Shown here piece after piece: positions 55,440 to 64,000 of a DNA stretch of 64,000 nt (its first letter is position 1; each line of letters opens with the position of its first letter). This stretch comes from Octopus sinensis. Lineage: Eukaryota. The translations under genes and the position numbers were made by a program. The stretch covers positions 15,686,001 to 15,750,000 of the forward strand of contig NC_043002.1 of assembly GCF_006345805.1 (NCBI RefSeq). Direction: 5' to 3'. The notes below the pieces were generated by a model. The model was not told where the DNA came from and ran no database searches. It was given only the letters and a program-made list of their open reading frames with translations.

Positions 55440-55825
55440 GGCGTGGCTATGTAGTAACAACTTCGGTTCTGAGTTCAATACCACTTCGTCGCACTTTGAG
55501 CAAGTGGCGTCCACTGTAGCTACAGGCCGACCAAAGCCCTGTGAATAGATTTGGTAGACGGAAACTGAAAGAATCCCGTCGTATATTTATATATATATAT
55601 CTATGCTTGTGTGTTTTTTGTGCGTTAGATCTCTCACACCCACGCTTGACAACCGGTATTGGTGTGTTTACGACTGCGTAAGTCAGCAGTTCGGCAAAAG
55701 ACATCGAGAGAATAAGTACCAGGTTTTAAAACTAAGTGCTGTAATCGATCCCTTTGACTAAAATTCTTCATGGCCACAGCATGAACACAGTCTGTCAATA
55801 ACTCCAAGAAGTAAAAGAAAAGATG
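55440..55825 (+). mobile_element. SINE family C, diverged
   Basis: GGCCGACCAAAGCC...GGATTTGGTAGACGGAAACTGAAAG-like block and ...GCTTGACAACCG...AAGTAAAAG. Confidence 0.7.
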
Positions 55826-55889
55826 TGTCATATATGTGTGTGTTTATGTATGTATGTATGTATGTATGTATGTATGTATGTATGTATGT

Positions 55890-55907
55890 ATAGATAGACA
55901 GACAGAC

Positions 55908-55953
<46 letters not shown>

Positions 55954-55980
55954 GTAGATAGATAGATAGATAGTTAGATT

Positions 55981-56056
<76 letters not shown>

Positions 56057-56101
56057 TATAGATAGATAGATAGATAGATAGATAGATGGGCAGCTAGATA
56101 A

Positions 56102-56132
<31 letters not shown>

Positions 56133-56200
56133 GGTAGGTAGGTAGATAGATAGATAGATAGATATAGATAGACAAGACGACAGACAGACAGATAGATAGG

Positions 56201-56232
<32 letters not shown>

Positions 56233-56271
56233 GAGAAGATAGATAGATAGATAGATAGATAGATTAGAGAG

Positions 56272-56355
<84 letters not shown>
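55890..56355 (+). repeat. (GATA)n array, preceded by (TATG)n
   Basis: Directly visible; abuts the 3' ends of the Tx1-like copies. Confidence 0.97.
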
Positions 56356-56357
<2 letters not shown>

Positions 56358-56438
56358 CTTTCTTTATTGTCCACACAGGGCTGGACACTGAGGGCACCAT
56401 TACAAAAAAAAGAAACAAATGTAAAATTTCGATGAAAA
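56356..56438 (-). mobile_element. ~80-bp 3' stub of a related Tx1-like subfamily
   Basis: Minus strand ...CAGCCCTGTGTGGACAATAAAGAAAGTTA-(TCTA)n parallels the tail of the adjacent copy. Confidence 0.6.
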
Positions 56439-56511
56439 TATGTTTCTTTTTAGCCACACAGGGCTGCACACAGATAGAACAAATTACAAGGTAGAGCTTT
56501 TCTTTTGAAGG

Positions 56512-56552
<41 letters not shown>

Positions 56553-56613
56553 AAGGGGGAGGTTCGATCAAAAGGGATCGTAAAAGGAGAGAAAGAGGAC
56601 AAAAATAAGGGGG

Positions 56614-56646
<33 letters not shown>

Positions 56647-58583
56647 CGGGAGGAAGAGAAAAAAAAATGATCAATAGGGATCGTTATCACAGAAATGTCA
56701 ATATGAAGTGTAAAGGGAGGACAGGTGAGGTTTACCCTTGGAAAGAAAAGCCTGCGGAAAAGACCACGGTAACCTCGGTCAATGAAGTCACATTTTATAT
56801 TCTTTTTTTTTTTTTTTTTTTTTTTTGCAAATACAACTCTCCGTTTTCGATTTCTGGGTTCATAGGACTATGCTCAAGGTGGCTTCGTCATTCATACGTC
56901 CATTCTTGCTACATTCACCCATCTTTTTTTAAAACTCGCTAGACAAAACTTGCCTCTCTACTCTCACTTTCCTTTTCAAGTGGTACTTGAAGAAGTTGAT
57001 GAGAGATTGACCAGAGAGGAAAGTGTTTGTCTCCAATCCTTTCAGACGCGTCCACAGATACATTCTTTCGCCATAGCCACAAGGATGATGAAAATAGCTC
57101 TTCCTTCCCGTTTGAAGGAAGGAGGCGTGACAATATTGACGATAAACTCAGCTGATAAACCGACTCGTCCCACACGTGACAGCAGTTGTTCGACATAAGC
57201 CCACAGGTCGGAAATTGTTGGACACTGAACGAGTGCGTGCAGAACGGTTTCGTCGCTCTGACCGCATCTCGGGCAGGTCGGCCCCGTGTTTCTCGAGCCG
57301 TGTCTGTAGAGCTTATCCCGAACGGTAGCGCTTCTCGGTAGCACTGCCAGGCAGGGATCTCTGGAAGTTGTCCATGGGCCCTGGCCCGAAAGTCGTCCCG
57401 AACGGCGGGTCAGGTACTCCTCGTCGACGTCCAGGTTCGCCCCGAGCTCGTCGTCGTACCTCCCCTCCACTAAACCCCTATAGAATGCTTTGTTGTGTTG
57501 AAGTCACTTAAGTCGACCCAGGACGGCAGAGTTGCTTGAGAGCAACGCGACACTCGCGGTGCCATTCGCCCTTCCTCGGCCTCTTTTTGATCCACGACTG
57601 CAGTTCGGTCATGGAGACGAGCTGCGGGAAAGCGTGCCTCACAAACGGCGACCACACCTGTTCACCGTCGTCTACATAGAGCCAGAGATGTCGCAGTCTC
57701 AGCGCGTGTCTGCGCATCATCAACCACGGCATGCCCAGCCCTCCTTTTAACGGGTGTTGACAGCAAATGGATCGCCTGACCATCGGGACGCATCCTTTCC
57801 ACAAGAAGCGAAAGAGGATGCGTTGTAGTTTGGTGATGGTAGGGTCGGGACAAGGTACGACGGTCAGGCGGTAGTAGATGACGGACGCGATGTACGTGTT
57901 CGCCACACCTCCGCTCGACCTTTTAGGGACAGTTTCCTCTCTCGGCCATTGCCGGGCGAGAGTGACCACCCTACTCGTTATCTCGTTCCAGTTCTTCTCC
58001 ACTTGGAGGTCCGGACCAAACCAGACCCCGAGCAACTCAACCGGGCCGTCGGTCCAGCGTCCCACGACGGAGGCGCTGGTGGACGGCATGGGCTTGCTTC
58101 TCCAGGTGCCTAGTCGCAAGCCCACTGACTTTTCCCGGTTTTTTCGCTCCTGTCACCGCTTCGTAGTTTTTCAGTGTCTCGCCGACCAGCTCGATGTGCT
58201 CGTGGCTAGACACTATGACGGTGACGTCGTCCGCGTATGCAGACACGCTCGTCCCGCATCCCAATTCTCTCGCGGGATGCCCCTTAGAGTCGCCAGCTTC
58301 CGCAGTAGTGGCTCAAGAGTCAATACGTATAGAAGCGCCGAGAGGGGCATCCCTGACGGACCGAACGTGCAATGTCGAAAGGTCTCGATAGATGTCCATT
58401 TACGCGAATTACCGAACGGATGCCTCTGTACAAGGCGGCTATCCAGCCGCGGAAGACGGGACCGAAACCAGCCGCTCTCAGGACCGCCTCCAAGTATCGA
58501 TGGTCTACCCTATCAAAGGCTTTTGATTGATCCAAGTTGATCAGGGCCCCACCCATGCCAGGTTCGTTAACTACCCTGTCTAT
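56439..58583 (-). mobile_element. Tx1/L1-clade LINE, 5'-truncated in RT, frameshifted (copy 1)
   Basis: LDQSKAFDRVDH, SVRQGCP, SAYADDVTV, ELLGVWF, CPRCGQSDETVLHALVQC. T-rich 3' UTR ending AATAAA-like GAAACATA. Confidence 0.92.
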
Positions 58584-58621
58584 GTTAACGAACCTGGCAT
58601 GGGTGGGGCCCTGATCAACTT
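58534..58621. repeat. Perfect 38-bp inverted repeat with a 12-nt loop at the 5' junction of Tx1 copy 1
   Basis: Arms 58534-58571 and 58584-58621. Confidence 0.97.
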
Positions 58622-58640
58622 AGATAGATAGACAGATAGA

Positions 58641-60002
58641 TATGTTTCTTTATTAGCCACACAGGGCTGCACACAGATAGAACAAATTACAAGGTAGAGC
58701 TTTTCTTTTGAAGGTTAAAAAACAAAAAAAAAAAAAAAGAAAAAGGAAGGGGGAGTTTCGATCAAAAGGGATCGTAAAAGGAGAGAAAGAGGACAAAAAA
58801 AGGGGGGTTAAAAAAAAAGGGGGTTAAAAAAAAGGGGGAGAGGAAAAAAAAATTTTTATCAATAGGGATCGTTATCACAGAAATGTCAATATGAAGTGTA
58901 AAGGGGAGGACAGGTGAGGTTTACCCATGGAAAGAAAAGCCTACGGAAAAGACCACGGTAACCTCGGTCAATGGAGTCACATGTTATATTTCTTTTTTTT
59001 TTTTTTTTTGCAAATAAGCAACTCTCTGTTTTCAATTTCTGGGTTCATAGGATCATGCTCAAGGTGGCTTCGTCATTTATACGTGCCATTCTTGCTACAT
59101 TCACCCATCATTTTTTAAAACATTCGCTAGACAAAACTTGCCTCTCTACTCTCACTTTCCTTTTCAAGTGGTACTTGAAGAAGTTGATGAGAGATTGACC
59201 AGAGAGGAAAGTGTTTGTCTCCAATCCTTTCAGACGCGTCCACCAGATACATTCTTTCGCCATAGCCACAAAGATGATGAAAATAGCTCTTCCTTCCCGT
59301 TTGAAGGAGGGAGGCGTGGACAATATTAACGATAGACTCAGCTGATAAACCGACTCGTCCCACACGTGACAGCAGTTGTTCGACATAAGCCCACAGGTCG
59401 GAAATTGTTGGACACTGCACGAGTGCGTGCAGAACGGTTTCGTCGCTCTGACCGCATCTCGGGCAGGTCGGCCCCGTGTTTCTCGAGCCGTGTCTGTAGA
59501 GCTTATCCCGAACGGGTAGCGCTTCTCGGTAGCACTGCCAGGCCAGGGATCTCTGGAAGTTGTCCATGGGCCCTGGCCCGAAAGTCGTCCTGAACAGGCG
59601 GGTCAGGTACTCCTCGTCGACGTCCAGGTTCGCCCCGAGCTCGTCGTCGTACCTCCCTCCACTAAACCCCTATAGAATGCTTTGGTTGTGTTGAAGTCAC
59701 TTAAGGTCGACCCAGGACGGCAGAGTTGCTTGAGAGCAACGCGACACTCGCGGTGCCATTCGCCCTTCCTCGGCCTCTTTTTAATCCACGACTGCAGTTC
59801 GGTCATGGAGACGAGCTGCGGGAAAGCGTGCCTCACAAACGGCGACCACACCTGTTCACCGTCGTCTACATAGAGCCAGAGATGTCGCAGTCTCAGCGCG
59901 TGTCTGCGCATCATCAACCACGGCATGCCCAGCCCTCTTTTAACGAGTGTTGACAGCAAATGGATCGCCTGACCATCGGGACGCATCCTTTCCACAAGAA
60001 GC

Positions 60003-60003
<1 letters not shown>
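58641..60003 (-). mobile_element. Tx1/L1-clade LINE, more 5'-truncated (copy 2)
   Basis: Same family as copy 1 with scattered substitutions. Preceded on the + strand by a short GATA tract at 58622-58640. Confidence 0.92.
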
Positions 60004-60646
<643 letters not shown>

Positions 60647-61281
60647 AAAATTGTGATGAAGATTAAAAAATTTCTAGGAAATGTACTTAGAGCATTGTCA
60701 TGGAAATCAATAAAACGTAAAAAAAAACACATTAATATCATGTGCTTATACTACATGGTGTTAACACCAAATATAAGCTGTTATCATGTGACATGGATTA
60801 CATGTACATGCATAAACGAAGAATGTCCAGCTACATTTGTGGCTGTATGCATTTGTGGGTGTCAGTACTTTTCAGCGTGTATGTTTGTTTGTGGTCTTTT
60901 ATACTCTGTCTGAGTGTTTGGGTAAAAGTTTGCTTTTGCTTCAATATGCTTTCGTTTACATACAAATCCGAAGAGATATCGTAACATACATTTATGCACA
61001 CATCACCACTTAAAAATTTTATTGAATATGCGATGTATATGATACAGTCACATACTTGTATGGAAGCATATAATTTCATTTATACAATGATAGTTAATTC
61101 ATACGCATACTCATACACAAACCTGCACGCATTCAAACATACGTATTGATATTAGAATTTTAAACATTGCTAGAGTATGCATGCTCGTATACGCCACATA
61201 TATGTACATATGGGATATATATAAATATATATAGATATACATATATACATGTACATATACATATACATATATATGCGTATA

Positions 61282-61374
<93 letters not shown>

Positions 61375-61762
61375 ATGTATACGTATGTTTATACATATAT
61401 GCAGACACATACATGCAAGCTCACAGTAGCAGATATTCATTTCATACGTGTATGCTCTTATGTACTAATGTGTAGTCGTATATATACGTATATATACGGC
61501 CGTGTATTATTTTCTAAGCGTAAACACACTCAAACTTAGGCGCAGATGCACACACTAAATTCGTGCACTTCTACTTGCGACCACAAGAACTACACTACAT
61601 ACATTTGTGTACTTCCAGGAATAGAAATCGTAATAGATGCTTATATATTGAACACAAATGCAAATATATCCAACTTGTTTTCACAAAAATATATAAAATT
61701 CAGTAATACTAACTCTAACGCGCAATAATATATCAAAATATGTATGGAAATGTAATCATATT

Positions 61763-61797
<35 letters not shown>

Positions 61798-64000
61798 AAC
61801 GTCGATGAAGAGTAAGAACGAAAGGAGAAATATAGTTTACATAAAAGCAATCCGAAATTCATAAATTGAAGGAATATAGGGAGAATATGCAAGTTCATTG
61901 CCCCCATCTGAGATTGCAATTATCTTAAAGGGAATGATAGAACGAGATGGTTATATTTGAAATACGACGTAGATTTAGTGAGAGTGCTCATAGAAAACAA
62001 GAGCTCTCATAGAGAGATGTTGTATAAGAGAATATAAGTTATACGAGGAAAGAAGAACACGAAGTGAGAAAATGAAAATTGGAATGAAAATGTTCGGAAA
62101 ATGAGAAAATTATGCAGCATATATTATGTTCCAAATGTATATTCCTATTGTATCATGGATGGTGTAAATGACAATATATGTATATGTTTGTTTATGCAAT
62201 TACGTGCGTAGAATCGTGCATGTACATATGTCCATTATATTTCATATCTGTTATTATCTGGAACATTTAACGTGTTACCCAATACTACCTGTCGTTTATT
62301 CGAGTAATCAGCGCCTAACGCTTCTTTCCCCCACCTGGCACATAAATATTTGAATGTATAGAGGACGATCATTGGGACTAAAACCGAGGTGTCATATGGC
62401 AGATGAGCCCACATCTAACCACTGCTGCATTGGGTTGAAGGGTTCCCGTAGCCTCATTGTAGAATGAGCTTTTTTAAATGAAACTGTCCTCCGATATCAC
62501 TTGGCTTACTTTGGTAACCTTAATTCTGTAGGTTACTGCATGTCGAAGCCAGCCGATTAATAGTGTTCAAGAACAAGTATTGTGATACTGCATCAGAATT
62601 GAAATTCGTTATAGTTCGTTGCTCTCCAATTATCCTTCATATGCAAATCACCATCCTGCACCTCGAAGGGGATTTTAATGGAATGTAGATTACCACAGTT
62701 ACATGAGGATCAACCTACTGGAGACTGTCAACCATGAACAAAATCGATGGCGGCAAGGGTGAGATATTATCTGAGTGACAGAATAACTTTAGTCCAGTTT
62801 GGTCGTGCCTTTAGTCCAGTTTGTCGAAGCAGCCATTTTCAGGAACTGTCTGCTTCTTTCAGTCGATGAAAGAAGGGTGAAATGACTCTGCTAGTATGTT
62901 GTACGTATTGTTGTTTATGTTGCGTAACAGAGATCAGTAGGACATCCACGTTTGTGGTAGACAACAGATTAAAGAAAAGAAACGCGAAAATAAAACGACA
63001 TCTGGTAGAAGCCAGTAAGTTTAAAGCAACATTTCATTAGGAATTTCATGCTCTACTGGATGGTGCAACCTAGTTTCAACACCACAGAAGTATAACATTC
63101 AAAAATATAGTGCAAGGAAATATCGATATTGCAGACTTGAATGAATATGTCTAGTTAATGTATGCAATCTGCAAGGAAATGGCTACTGTTAATTGCTTGT
63201 TGCGATGACAGGGTCATTTACCTGGCATAGATTTGATTTAGCTATCTAGAAGACATTGATTCTACATATAGAGGTATTTCGTGGATTCAACCCAATAACC
63301 ATGTCGTGACCTATCTGTCTTGAAAGAATGACATATGCGCCAACGCTAATAGGACTTAATTCAGACAGTGGATGCTTTTATCAGCTCAAATATTTCACAT
63401 ACAATCTACCATGTAGACCATCTCTTTCTTTACTATTACTTCCATAGTAGAGTCGTATAAAATCGTATGGTTTGATACACATTTCTCGTTGGTGTGTCTG
63501 GAATCCACTCTGACGAGCTCATGTGTTACATACCTCACTCATTTGATTAGATCAAGTATTAATACAGGCAAAATTTATATTTCAAATTCAACAAAAAAAA
63601 AAGCCTTTAGATTGAAACTTTAAAACGTGTTCTCAAGCTTCATATGCAAAATACAGAAATCCTAACATTAAGCAAAACTGAAAATCAACACTCGAATGAA
63701 CACAAGACAAATATAATCTCACTGCTAAGGAGTTCTGGTCCTAGATAAGTAGCACTATATGCATTAATGCAGCTTGAATGGGATGGGATTTAGCAACTTA
63801 TCTTCTCATTTCCAACGTACCTTACGGGCTTCATTTCGTTATATGTCATTGCTGGAAGAAAGCTTAAATAAACATTCACGCAAAACTAGATGAAATCATT
63901 GTCGAATGAAAAAAAAACACGGTGACTTGGAAGTGTTGCTAATCTGCTAAAGCTCGGTGGCAGTGAATTACCGAGCCATCTCACTTACCTTACATATCTT

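Noticed and set aside
62640-62700. LEGDFNG as an APE endonuclease motif
   Set aside because: It is a single short motif followed by a stop, with no supporting motifs found.

Overview
Very AT-rich eukaryotic, repeat-saturated, apparently intergenic or intronic DNA. I found no host-gene exon. The repeat content (tRNA-derived SINEs recalled as octopus types, dense (TA)n/(TG)n/(TAA)n/(GATA)n arrays) suggests a cephalopod, probably Octopus; this is inferred from memory, not searched. Almost every ORF in the track is translated microsatellite or antisense TE. Real coding signal is all decayed transposon: four R4/Dong-like RT-REL remnants (three beside (TAA)n arrays), one CR1-like APE-RT LINE, stacked Tx1/L1-like copies in (GATA)n, three Penelope-like (PLE) remnants and several Tc1/mariner derivatives. 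There are also non-autonomous Helitrons and at least four SINE families. The main findings: (1) three unrelated palindromes (18.4, 30.1, 31.7-32.2 kb) each consist of two inverted type-I hammerhead ribozyme motifs reading outward from the centre; (2) a further hammerhead candidate has a G3:C8 covariant core (52.1 kb) and a decayed tandem pair lies at 52.5-53 kb; (3) one SINE family shares its 3' tail with the (TCTA)n-associated Tx1 LINE; (4) both Tx1 copies have fold-back inversions at their 5' junctions. All folds and alignments were done by eye. Boundaries without a TSD or TIR are approximate, and homopolymer indels suggest some frameshifts and duplications could be assembly artefacts.
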